Shown in pieces: positions 10,370-19,624 of a DNA stretch of 64,000 nt; position 1 is the stretch's first letter; each line of letters opens with the position of its first letter. The notes beneath the pieces were generated by a model. The model was not told the origin of the DNA and did no database searches. It saw only the letters and a program-made list of their open reading frames with translations. Made by a program: the position numbers and the translations under genes. This stretch comes from Candidatus Zhuqueibacterota bacterium. GTDB lineage: Bacteria; Zhuqueibacterota; Zhuqueibacteria; Thermofontimicrobiales; Thermofontimicrobiaceae. Location: contig JBMOPW010000013.1 in NCBI GenBank assembly GCA_049322915.1, positions 1 to 64,000 on the forward strand, given 5' to 3'.

Positions 10370-11335
10370 ATGAATCTGTTTTTCCGAATTCGGTCCCGGC
10401 TCACCCGGCTCTGGCTCGAATCCGTCGCGCCCTTGCGACTCAAACTGGTCGATATCAACTGCCTCGGCTATCCGGGCCTCATCGCGGTGCTTTTGCTTTT
10501 CTTCCACGACACAGTGGACAATTGGGCAACTTTTATCCTGCTGCATTTTTTGGTCATTGCGCTGATACTCTTCATTGTCCGGCAGGGCGAACGCCAGCCG
10601 AACCGGCAGATGTTCGTATTTTTGCGCACGTTTTATCCCATCGCTGTCCTGGCGTTCTGCTGGAGTGAAATCGGTGCGACCAGCCGCATGTTCTTCAGTG
10701 ATTATTGGGCGACCGAGGCCATCATTTCTCTGGACAGGCTCGTCTTCGGCGTCTCTCCCACTGCATGGTTCCAGCAATTTTACCGTCCCTGGCTGGACGA
10801 GTTGATGAACCTGTTCTATTCCGGATTTTTTTTGTTCATGCCCGTCGTATCACTCACCCTGTATTTTCAGGACAGAAAACAGGATGCCCTGGCGGCCTTC
10901 TCCCTGGGCACTTTCATTCACCTGTCCAACTTCATGTTATTCCGACTCTTCCCGACCCTGGCGCCATTCATGACCGAGTCCATCGCTTCATCCCATCCCC
11001 AGCAATACACCGGCTACCTCTTCGCTGAAATCACCCGCATCACTCAGTCCCATGGCGCACAGCCCGGCGGCACATTTCCTTCGGTGCATGTCTCCACGGC
11101 CATTGGCTGGGCGCTGATCGCGTTTCATTTTGAGAGAAGGTGGGGCTTTTTCCTGATCCCGGCGGCGATCGGCGTGGCAATTTCCACGGTCTACCTGGGC
11201 TATCACCACGCCCTGGACGCCGTGTTCGGTTTCCTCTGGGGGATACTCGCTTTCCTGATTGCGCTGAAAATTTTAAAGCGAAGAAACGAGGATCGGCCGA
11301 GTGAAACGCCCTCCGATTTCCCTGCCGGCGCATAA
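10370..11335 (+). CDS. PAP2 superfamily membrane phosphoesterase/phosphotransferase (Aur1/IPC-synthase-like)
   Basis: FPSVH and STVYLGYHHALD motifs; LDxLxFG segment; multi-TM. Confidence 0.82.
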   Translation: MNLFFRIRSRLTRLWLESVAPLRLKLVDINCLGYPGLIAVLLLFFHDTVDNWATFILLHFLVIALILFIVRQGERQPNRQMFVFLRTFYPIAVLAFCWSEIGATSRMFFSDYWATEAIISLDRLVFGVSPTAWFQQFYRPWLDELMNLFYSGFFLFMPVVSLTLYFQDRKQDALAAFSLGTFIHLSNFMLFRLFPTLAPFMTESIASSHPQQYTGYLFAEITRITQSHGAQPGGTFPSVHVSTAIGWALIAFHFERRWGFFLIPAAIGVAISTVYLGYHHALDAVFGFLWGILAFLIALKILKRRNEDRPSETPSDFPAGA

Positions 11336-11454
11336 AAAAAGATGAGAACAAAAACCGGATTGGAGTGTTAAATCTGGTGATTCGTTTCACCGTGTCCATC
11401 AGGCGCATCGCAGCGGCGCGGGCAATTTGTGTTTGTTCACTGCACATGATGAAT

Positions 11455-11585
11455 GTAACCACTCCGGTTCAAAGTTCAATGGTTCCCGGTTCAGGGTTTG
11501 TGAGAATCAAGATTGAATAATATGAGGAACGTAAGGTCATTCACGCTGACCCTTGAACACTGAATCTGACAACCTGAATAGCAAC
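11455..11585. repeat. GTAAC-ended palindromic repeat family C (GGTTCA/TGAAC 7-mer arms)
   Basis: GTAACC..GGTTCAA AGTTCAA TGGTTCC CGGTTCA GGG left arm; CCTTGAACACTGAA..CTGAATAGCAAC right arm; resembles 54435-54582. Confidence 0.55.
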
Positions 11586-11634
11586 CGAAATTTTGACAAA
11601 AGTCTTCTCACACGTCAGCATGCAGAGGTAATTC

Positions 11635-13194
11635 ATGGAAACAAAAATTTCAACCGGCCTGAAGGTATTCGACAATTTACTACCGACTATCAAAAATTTC
11701 CTAGCCAAAGACCAGGTCACCTATACCATCGATGGCGAGCGCGTGCACGGCTATCGCAGCCCGGATTGCAACGCCATCTGGATTCGCGACCACTCGGATA
11801 TACTCCGCGGCGCCCGCTATTTTGAGCGAGACATGCTCAGCGGCGCTGCTCATTTTGCCTCGACCCAACTGGCCAATGGCTCGCTGATGGATTTCGTCTC
11901 CTGCGCCATGGATCGTGAGAATTGGACCAAGTACGTCCGCGTCCCGGTGGAGGCCGATGTGGAATACCGATTTGTGAAGGCATTGTACCTGGGCTGGCAA
12001 GCTACCGGCGATTCCGCCTGGGTGGAGAAAATGCTGCCTCACGCGGAGCGCGCATTGGGCTATACCATGAATCACCCCTGGCGCTGGGCCAGCGATTACG
12101 GTCTGGTGAAACGCGCCTTCACCATTGACACCTGGGACTTCGACTATGTCGGGCCGAACCAGCCCTGGCTGAATTTTCAGATCAGCGAGCAGACCCATTG
12201 GGGCATCTTTCACGGGGACAATTCCGGTCTCTACGAAGCCTGTTCACTGCTGGCGCGACTCTACAATTTCCTGGGTAACGACGCAAAAGCACAGCTATGG
12301 GCTGACATTGCCAGCGGCATAAGAGAACGCGCCAATCGGCTGTGCTGGAACGGACAATTTTATACGCACCGCATTCCGCTCGATGGCTTTACCGTACCGA
12401 ATTTTGATGAATCCGCCCAGTTGTCGCTGTCCAATCCCATGGCCATCAACCGCGGATTGGCGACTCACGAGATGGCGGTGAACATCATTCAGGAATACCA
12501 GCGACGCAGCGATCGCGCCTTTGCTGAATGGTTTTCCATCGATCCGCCTTTTCCCGCCGGCATGTTCGGCGATCCCAAAATCATCGCAGGCGCGTATATC
12601 AATGGCGGCATTTTCCCGCTTGTCGGCGGCGAACTGGCGCGGGCTGCATTCGAGCACGGCTTCGAAAAATACGCTGCCGAAACCCTCATCAAATACGGTA
12701 AAATGATCGAGCAATCCGGCGAGACATTCCTCTGGTACTTCCCGGATGGGAGACCCTCCTCCGTAGAGACGAGCACCAGTCCGGAAGCCACGCCAACGGA
12801 CGGCTGGGGTTCATCGGCCATGCTGTACGCGTTCATCGAAGGTCTGGCTGGCGTGGTGGATCAATCCTGTCTGTTCAGGGAGGTGCGCCTTTCACCGCGC
12901 TGGGTGGCTGCCGGATTGACCCGGGCCACGGTTCAGGTGGGATATGGCGCCGGCGACTCCGGCATTGGCTACGAGTTCGAATGGCGCCCGGCCGAAAAAC
13001 GAATCGATGTGAAACTGGCTGGGAAATCGCGCGTGCGGTTTCACCTGCTGCTGCCGGCAGGAAGCCGCGCTGCCACGCTGAAAATTTCGGGACGGCCGGC
13101 GGATTTTGTCGTCAGCACCGTCGGCGAGAGCCATTACTCCGATTTCGCATTGGAGTTAGCCGGACAGGCGGAGGTCGAACTTCATTTAAAATGA
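11635..13194 (+). CDS. uncharacterised six-hairpin glycosidase-like protein
   Basis: WIRD motif, acidic VEADVE and DTWDFD motifs, C-terminal beta domain; GAGGT RBS. Confidence 0.65.
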   Translation: METKISTGLKVFDNLLPTIKNFLAKDQVTYTIDGERVHGYRSPDCNAIWIRDHSDILRGARYFERDMLSGAAHFASTQLANGSLMDFVSCAMDRENWTKYVRVPVEADVEYRFVKALYLGWQATGDSAWVEKMLPHAERALGYTMNHPWRWASDYGLVKRAFTIDTWDFDYVGPNQPWLNFQISEQTHWGIFHGDNSGLYEACSLLARLYNFLGNDAKAQLWADIASGIRERANRLCWNGQFYTHRIPLDGFTVPNFDESAQLSLSNPMAINRGLATHEMAVNIIQEYQRRSDRAFAEWFSIDPPFPAGMFGDPKIIAGAYINGGIFPLVGGELARAAFEHGFEKYAAETLIKYGKMIEQSGETFLWYFPDGRPSSVETSTSPEATPTDGWGSSAMLYAFIEGLAGVVDQSCLFREVRLSPRWVAAGLTRATVQVGYGAGDSGIGYEFEWRPAEKRIDVKLAGKSRVRFHLLLPAGSRAATLKISGRPADFVVSTVGESHYSDFALELAGQAEVELHLK

Positions 13195-13299
13195 TGGGAC
13201 AGTGAGGCGCCGGAATCCATCGGCGATGCATTATATGAGTGAGCAACGGAAGCCATCGCTTTCCCGGGCGTTATTTTTATCATACGATTTTCATGTTGA

Positions 13300-13338
13300 A
13301 AAACCGACCCGTTCCGCAGTTGGATCCGGGTCGGTTTT
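13300..13338. terminator. bidirectional intrinsic terminator between convergent genes
   Basis: AAAACCGACCCG / CGGGTCGGTTTT inverted repeat. Confidence 0.7.
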
Positions 13339-13348
13339 GCTGCGTCTG

Positions 13349-15625
13349 TTATTTGAAGAATTCGCGAAGCCCTGCCGCAGTTATATCTTCCGCTCCGGTG
13401 TCCCAGATTCTGATATAGTTTTTTTTCCATTTGAAAATCACCTTGTCGCCGAGGGCTAAAATCTTTGCCAGGGATGGCTGTTTGATGAGTATCTGCTGAA
13501 ACGCTTCGCTGCCAAATTTCACATCCACTGTTTTTTGGTCGGCGTATTCGCTATCCACCCACACATTTTCTTTGAGATAAAATGTCCTGCCGGCAACCCG
13601 GCGCACCGCGACATTGTCCTCGATGGCGTTTGCCTCTTTCATCCGCTGGGTTTCCTTGCTCAGCTTCACCGCCAACATACCCTGATCGTATGCCGCCGGA
13701 GCCGGCGCGCTGGAAACGGAGAGACGTTCCGAGGCCATTTTCCGGTCAGAAGCGCCATTCCCGGCGCCAATGCCGCCCGGCACAGCCTGGCCCGACTTTG
13801 CCATCACTTCATCTTCCTGCACCAGATAGGACGTGTACGGCGACATCACACCGTACTTTTTGCTCAGTCGGATCACCTCATTTTTCAATTCTTCGTTCTC
13901 GCCGTGAAGCCGAATCTCGTCCATCAGATAGCCTATTTTTCGCGTCGCCCAGAGATGCGGCAGAAATTCATGTCCTTCGCCTTTTTCGCCGGGATTCACC
14001 GGATAGGTGAATTTCCGCTCCCGGTCGCCGGCTCTGCCAGTGAGCGTCACCTCGGTCGCAGCTTTATTTTTATAAGTGCCCAGAATCGTCAGTTGCGAAC
14101 CCTTGAACAGATCCGGCAGCTTCTTCGGAAACACATTCTCCACGCTCATTCGTCCGAAATCGATGTCCAGGTCTGCCAGAACAGGATGGCTTATTTTGTC
14201 ATAGAACGCGGCTATCTTCTGTTCGATCTGCTCGCCGGGTTCGATGTAATCCGAAACAGCGCGGCTGTTCAATGCAATTTTATCGAGCAAGACCGTGTTC
14301 ACATCGTACCCAACGCCGAACGTGAAAATTTTGATGTGGGAAGTATTTCGCTCGGAGGTCTGCTTCAGAATGGCGGTGATATCGGTCTCGCCGACCGTGG
14401 GCAATCCGTCGGTGAGGAACACAATGCTGCCGGCGCGCTCCGCGTCAAACCGAAAGGTCAACGCCCGGGCCAGCGCATCGCCGATATTGGTGCCGCCCTG
14501 GGCGCCCATCTGCCGGACAAACTGTAGCGCGTCGTTCCGATGCTCTGCGGCCAACACCAGCGCGTCCCTGAACAGCGTCGTCTCAGTACTGAAGGTGATA
14601 ATATTGAACCGATCGTTTTGCCCCAGACGGTTGATGCAATAGGTCAACGCGTCCTGCGCCTGACTGATTTTTTCCCCGCTCATACTGCCTGAAACATCGA
14701 GCACAAACAGGATATCTTTATTGAGAATTTCCTGATCGGAAAAATCGGTTCGGGGAGAGACCAGCAGCATGAAGAAATTGCCTTCGTCATCCGGCGACTG
14801 ATAGGTCATGATATTCATCCCAAAATCCTGTCGCGAATAGGAGTAGTAGAGGACAAAATTTTCCCGGTTCGGCTCCCGCTTTCCTTCATAGCTGACACTT
14901 GCCCGGTGATCGCTCATTCTCGAAATCGACACGTCGTGGCTGGGCGAGTACACCGTTTTCAGGGGAATCTGCGACTGAATATCGATGGCGATGAGCTGTT
15001 GAATTCCCGGCTCATTCGCACGGAATGAATTTTTTTCCATCGGCATGGGCTGAGGCAGCGGCAGATCCGGCCGCGCGCCGCGACCCGCCTGGACGTCCCC
15101 GCGCAGCGGATAGCTGAATTTGACCATGTCTCCATCCATCGGGAGCAGGGCAGAATAGCGCAGGACGATCTTGCGTTCTTTGTGCGGCGGAATGGGGAAA
15201 ATAGCCGCGCTGAATAAATTCTGATTGACGTATTCCAGCAACGCCGGGTCCAGATTGCGTCGCACAATCTGTTCGTAAATCTCGCGCGCTTTGCCTTTAT
15301 CGAGTATCTCGCCGGTCATCAGTTTGCCATCCGCGACCATGTTGAATTCTGAAATGCTGGCGTTTTCCGGCAGCGGGAAATAATAGACGCCTTCAATGGC
15401 CTGCTGAGAATCGTTGAAAAAAACCTGGTCCACGGTCACGGCGGCCACCTGATCGGTTATCTTCACGGTGACGTTGTGATGGGTGAGATTGAGCGTTGCT
15501 GGTTGAAGATGGGGAATGGGACGAGGGATGATAAATCCCTGGCCGGCGATGTTCCGGACCAGAATGATCGAGACGAAAAACCACACTGCGGCGGTTGCGA
15601 ATGAACTTCTTTTTTTGAGAACCAT
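13349..15625 (-). CDS. secreted VIT + vWA domain protein (inter-alpha-trypsin inhibitor-like)
   Basis: signal peptide after GGAGG RBS (ATG 15625); VIT motifs EGVYYFPLP and DPALLE; MIDAS DVSGS; FLTDG; SPYTSYLV. Confidence 0.9.
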   Translation of the reverse strand: MVLKKRSSFATAAVWFFVSIILVRNIAGQGFIIPRPIPHLQPATLNLTHHNVTVKITDQVAAVTVDQVFFNDSQQAIEGVYYFPLPENASISEFNMVADGKLMTGEILDKGKAREIYEQIVRRNLDPALLEYVNQNLFSAAIFPIPPHKERKIVLRYSALLPMDGDMVKFSYPLRGDVQAGRGARPDLPLPQPMPMEKNSFRANEPGIQQLIAIDIQSQIPLKTVYSPSHDVSISRMSDHRASVSYEGKREPNRENFVLYYSYSRQDFGMNIMTYQSPDDEGNFFMLLVSPRTDFSDQEILNKDILFVLDVSGSMSGEKISQAQDALTYCINRLGQNDRFNIITFSTETTLFRDALVLAAEHRNDALQFVRQMGAQGGTNIGDALARALTFRFDAERAGSIVFLTDGLPTVGETDITAILKQTSERNTSHIKIFTFGVGYDVNTVLLDKIALNSRAVSDYIEPGEQIEQKIAAFYDKISHPVLADLDIDFGRMSVENVFPKKLPDLFKGSQLTILGTYKNKAATEVTLTGRAGDRERKFTYPVNPGEKGEGHEFLPHLWATRKIGYLMDEIRLHGENEELKNEVIRLSKKYGVMSPYTSYLVQEDEVMAKSGQAVPGGIGAGNGASDRKMASERLSVSSAPAPAAYDQGMLAVKLSKETQRMKEANAIEDNVAVRRVAGRTFYLKENVWVDSEYADQKTVDVKFGSEAFQQILIKQPSLAKILALGDKVIFKWKKNYIRIWDTGAEDITAAGLREFFK

Positions 15626-15692
15626 GATAATTCCTCCTGCATGAAGTGAGTTGTATGTGTCAATGAAATTGGCTTGCTGACGTTCACTTACT

Positions 15693-15718
15693 ATACAGGT
15701 CAAAATCAGAAATATTCC
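15693..15718 (-). promoter_or_regulatory. putative ECF sigma promoter of the VIT-vWA gene
   Basis: GGAATA-N9-TTGACCTGTAT, same motif and spacing as upstream of the ECF gene. Confidence 0.7.
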
Positions 15719-15726
15719 AGGCCCAA

Positions 15727-16893
15727 TCATTTTTTTTGAAGTTCTTTCAACCTGTCCATCAGGCGTTCGAGCATGTGCTCCAGCGATTCGTATTCACTTT
15801 CATGCCGGAACAGGTCGAGGTTCGCCTCGAAAAAGGCGATGGATTGCTGCACAATCGCTCCGTCATCCGAATTCACAGCCCGATCGAAATGCACGCGCAG
15901 CATCTCCCGGATGGCTCTCTTTTGATACTCCGGCTCCGGTGGTTTTTTCAAAAAGCGTTCCCAGATGAGCAGCTTCTCCGCCGGGTCAGAAGTCTGCTGC
16001 GCCAGGGAGAACGCATTTTCGAATTCAGCCTCGTGCGTCCCGACCGAAGCAGCCCGGGCAGTAGTTTTCAATCGAACGGCATCGACGCTGAGTTTGTCGC
16101 GCACTTCCGGGCGAGTCCCCTTGGGCGTTTCAGGCGCAGTGATGAAGCGCGTTCGAATTCGGGCAGAATCCGATTCCGACAGATTTTCTGACTTCATCGC
16201 CTGCACGCTGCGCGACACTTCCGCGAATTCCTGGTGTTCATCAACTCCGGGCGCATTCACCGCTGCAGAGTTCGCCGCGTCGTACACCGGTGTCGGAGTC
16301 GACGCTGCGCCACCTGCTTCAGCGCGTCCCAAATCAGGCGGCTCAGCTTCCTTTTCCAGCGCCACTTTCACCGATCTTTTCGCTTCCTCTCCCGGCGCCG
16401 GCGAATCCGCTGCAAGCATCGATACGGCCGGGGCAGCGCTGTCCGGCAACCCGGCTCCTCCTGACGCTGCCCTGACATTTTCCTCCGGACGTGTGACAGA
16501 TGGGAGCTGCATCTTGCCTTCCCTGAAAAACGTGAGCAGCACAAACACGCCGACCACTGCCGCCGATGCGGCCAGGCTGACCAGTCGAAATCGCATTTGC
16601 TGCGGCCAGATGATGGATCTGATCGTCGCCAGCCGCAGGCGCGGTTTTGCCGGCGTTCGATCCAATTCCCGTACCTCATCCATCACCGAGCGCGTCAAAT
16701 TTTTCCAGTAATCCTGAGTGGGTTCCGGGACAAATTTCGTTTTTCCGGCAGCATTGACATATCGCAATTCAGCCAGTTCCCGTGCGCAGGAAGGACAGGC
16801 TGCCATGTGCGCCTCAATAGCCTGGCGTTCATCCGCCCCCAATTCTCCGTCGAGATACGGCCCCAGTAATTCCCGGAATTGCTCACAGTTCAT
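15727..16893 (-). CDS. zinc-binding (zf-HC2/ZAS) transmembrane anti-sigma factor
   Basis: N-terminal C..YLDGEL..HMAACPSC (HxxxCxxC); one TM helix; Ala/Pro-rich extracytoplasmic region; ATGA overlap with the sigma gene. Confidence 0.88.
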   Translation of the reverse strand: MNCEQFRELLGPYLDGELGADERQAIEAHMAACPSCARELAELRYVNAAGKTKFVPEPTQDYWKNLTRSVMDEVRELDRTPAKPRLRLATIRSIIWPQQMRFRLVSLAASAAVVGVFVLLTFFREGKMQLPSVTRPEENVRAASGGAGLPDSAAPAVSMLAADSPAPGEEAKRSVKVALEKEAEPPDLGRAEAGGAASTPTPVYDAANSAAVNAPGVDEHQEFAEVSRSVQAMKSENLSESDSARIRTRFITAPETPKGTRPEVRDKLSVDAVRLKTTARAASVGTHEAEFENAFSLAQQTSDPAEKLLIWERFLKKPPEPEYQKRAIREMLRVHFDRAVNSDDGAIVQQSIAFFEANLDLFRHESEYESLEHMLERLMDRLKELQKK

Positions 16894-17495
16894 TGTTTTT
16901 CCTCGCTCTCAAAAAAGGTCATGTACGGCTGAAGCAGCTCCTTCAGTTTCGACCGTGCGCGGGACAGTCGCGACATCACTGTGCCCGGCGAGATGTCCAG
17001 CGATTCGCTGATCTCCTGGTAACTCATTTCTTCAGAAGTCTTCATCAGAAAAACCAGCCGCTGTTCAAAGGGCAATTCGGCCATGGCGCCGGCGATTTGC
17101 TCTTCCAGTTCAGTCCGGAGCACCTGATCCAGGGGCGTGCCCTGTCCGGCTGCAATGTGACGCATCTGCTCCTCATCCTGTCTGACGAACGTCTCGCGCT
17201 GCCGGCGAATTTTCTGCTGCTGGTTCAGGCTCAAATTGACCCCGATGCGAAACAGCCAGGGATAGAACGGATAGCGCTCGTCGAACCGATCCAGGTTTTG
17301 ATAGGCCTTCACAAAGCTTTCCTGGACAATGTCCGTCGCATCGTCGTGGTCAAGCACAATCTTGCGCACAGCCAGATAAAGCTGGCGTTGATATTTCACG
17401 ACCAACTGCTCGAACGCATTGTGATTCCGTTTTTTCGCGCGGCGAATCCAGCGAAGTTCCTGTGCATCCATCGTATGTTCCGAGTGAGCGTTCAT
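16890..17495 (-). CDS. ECF RNA polymerase sigma factor (SigW/RpoE-like)
   Basis: region 2 DIVQESFVKAY..WLFRI; region 4 SYQEISESLDISPGTVMSRLSRAR. Confidence 0.93.
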   Translation of the reverse strand: MNAHSEHTMDAQELRWIRRAKKRNHNAFEQLVVKYQRQLYLAVRKIVLDHDDATDIVQESFVKAYQNLDRFDERYPFYPWLFRIGVNLSLNQQQKIRRQRETFVRQDEEQMRHIAAGQGTPLDQVLRTELEEQIAGAMAELPFEQRLVFLMKTSEEMSYQEISESLDISPGTVMSRLSRARSKLKELLQPYMTFFESEEKQ

Positions 17496-17509
17496 ATCCC
17501 CTATTCACA

Positions 17510-17535
17510 ATACAGGTCAAATGAAATTTTATTCC
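17510..17535 (-). promoter_or_regulatory. putative autoregulatory ECF promoter
   Basis: GGAATA-N9-TTGACCTGTAT, 15 bp upstream of the sigma ATG. Confidence 0.7.
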
Positions 17536-17538
17536 TGG

Positions 17539-17699
17539 CCTGAATTATTCATGAACTTGCTCAGAATTTGAGTCAACATTCATATTTTCAATTAGCTAAA
17601 AGCTAAGCTATTTTGAAACACAGTTTTTGTACGTTTATTCTAAAAAGAGCACCATTCAGGTTAGCCAGCCTCCTTTAAAAATACTATGAATAATGCAGG
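17539..17699. mobile_element. 161-bp MITE, copy 2
   Basis: same TIRs as 34-194; 4-bp target duplication CTGG (17535-17538, 17700-17703). Confidence 0.9.
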
Positions 17700-17815
17700 C
17701 TGGAAACATAGGGATTTTTTTTCAGAGAGTCAATGAGAAAAAATGCTGTCAGAGGCGGATGCTGCGAGGCAAATCGGCTGATGTGAGACAGGCGTTGTTG
17801 GCGCAATGAATCGTC

Positions 17816-19624
17816 TCAAGACGGTGAAGAGGAAGCGGTTTTTGCTGTTCCATCGAAAGTTGAAATCAGCGAAATTCCCAGAGCAAGGACCGCAATGACG
17901 GCCAAAACCACGACCGGGAAATAGGCGCCTTCCCCGGCAATGACGCCGTAGATGCTGCGCGCCGTTGGATTGGCTATCACCAGCAGGGCCAGACCATTAT
18001 TCACCGCGTGGCCGACCATTCCCAGAAAAATCGATCCGGTCCGATGCACGATGAACGCCAGATAAAATCCCAGTATCGCCGTTGGGATCATTCGGAACAG
18101 ATAGAGATGAAAAATGCCAAACAGCAGGGCAACAATTGCCATGGCTGCGACCGGCGAGAAGCGTTTTTTGAGCGAGGAGAGAATCACCCCACGGAACAGC
18201 AATTCCTCGCAGATAGCCGGACTGAGCACAAATATGGCCATTCCCTGCCACGCACTCAATCCCAGCGAATCGAAGTTGAGCAGTTTTACCAGCATCTCTC
18301 CAATTTTGATCGACTCAGGAAACAGCGCGATCTGAATTCGCGCGACCCAGGTTGTCACAGCTGCGCCAGCCAGCGCCACCATCACCGTGCCGATGAACGC
18401 CAGGGGATGAAAACGCTTCAGAGACAGGGTCGCTCGCGCATCGACTTTGTTATACCAGATGAAGATCAGAATCGGCAGGAAAATCAACAGCCATTGCGTC
18501 GCTAAAATGCCCCAATGCCCGAATCGCGTTTGCAGCGTCGAGCCGATATAAAAAAGCAGAAAGGCAATGATGGCAAAAATGATGAGCGCGCTCGATGGGG
18601 TGAACACATCGGATCGAATGATTTGCGACCGGCGCAGCAGAAATTGCCAGGCGCGTCCCTCGGTGAACAGCACTTCTTCCGCATTGAACAATTTTGCGAC
18701 CACGACTATTCCGACAAACGCGCACAGCGCATTGGAGAGGAACACGGAGAATATCAGGCCGGCCGGCGCCGACCCGATCATCATTTCTTTGACCAGCAGA
18801 CTGACATTCAAAATTGGGATGAAAGACAACGCGCTGCTCAATTTCATCGCCGGGGCCAGGGCGAACAGCGCCGGGAAAACGAGCAGCAGGTAGAGCGGCG
18901 TCACCAGGTTTTGCGCCTCTTTGAACGTCCTGGCAAAGATGGTCACGGAAATCATCGCGGAACTGATGAACAGCGACAGGGGAATCAGAGTGAAAAAAAG
19001 CAGCATCATGGCCACCGGCGAAATCGAAAACTGGAAATTCCCGGTCAGCGCGTTCATCTGGGTCAATCCCAGGGAGTAGGTCATCATCATGGCGACGAGA
19101 TTCAGGACGCCGGTCAGCAGCGCGAAGGTGGCCACTGTCAGGTATTTTCCAAGTATCAACTCGACGCGTTTGATGGGCACGGTTAAAATTGTCTCCAGGG
19201 TGCCGCGCTCTTTCTCGCCGGCCGTCAGGTCAATGGCCGGATACAGAGCGCCGAAAATCAGCGTGACAATGATCAGCACCGGCACCAGCGAGCTGAAAAT
19301 CATCCCGCCGACACCTGTCTCCGCGGATGTGCTCCACTGACCCATTTCCGGTTTCGGCGGCGGCGTCGACAGGGCAGACTGGTTCGATGGAACGTCACGT
19401 TCCGATGAAATGGTCACGGCCGCCAGCCCCGTCGCTGGCGCTGCCGGAGCGCTGCTCTGCTGGCTGAAGTCGAATCCACCGAATGCGATGATCTGACTCA
19501 TGATGATGAACATCATGGGATAGAGCACGATCGGTATCAAAATCATGGCAGCGAGACTGCGCCTGTCCCGCAGCATTTCCAGAGTCTCTTTTCTGAACAC
19601 AATCCAGATTTTATTAAATTTCAC
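17816..19624 (-). CDS. ABC-2 permease (NatB-like) fused to a C-terminal CPBP protease
   Basis: KETLEMLRDRR, AGEKERGTLETIL and ARTFKEAQ permease motifs; EELLFRG / FGIFH / HAVNN CPBP motifs. Confidence 0.88.
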   Translation of the reverse strand: MKFNKIWIVFRKETLEMLRDRRSLAAMILIPIVLYPMMFIIMSQIIAFGGFDFSQQSSAPAAPATGLAAVTISSERDVPSNQSALSTPPPKPEMGQWSTSAETGVGGMIFSSLVPVLIIVTLIFGALYPAIDLTAGEKERGTLETILTVPIKRVELILGKYLTVATFALLTGVLNLVAMMMTYSLGLTQMNALTGNFQFSISPVAMMLLFFTLIPLSLFISSAMISVTIFARTFKEAQNLVTPLYLLLVFPALFALAPAMKLSSALSFIPILNVSLLVKEMMIGSAPAGLIFSVFLSNALCAFVGIVVVAKLFNAEEVLFTEGRAWQFLLRRSQIIRSDVFTPSSALIIFAIIAFLLFYIGSTLQTRFGHWGILATQWLLIFLPILIFIWYNKVDARATLSLKRFHPLAFIGTVMVALAGAAVTTWVARIQIALFPESIKIGEMLVKLLNFDSLGLSAWQGMAIFVLSPAICEELLFRGVILSSLKKRFSPVAAMAIVALLFGIFHLYLFRMIPTAILGFYLAFIVHRTGSIFLGMVGHAVNNGLALLVIANPTARSIYGVIAGEGAYFPVVVLAVIAVLALGISLISTFDGTAKTASSSPS

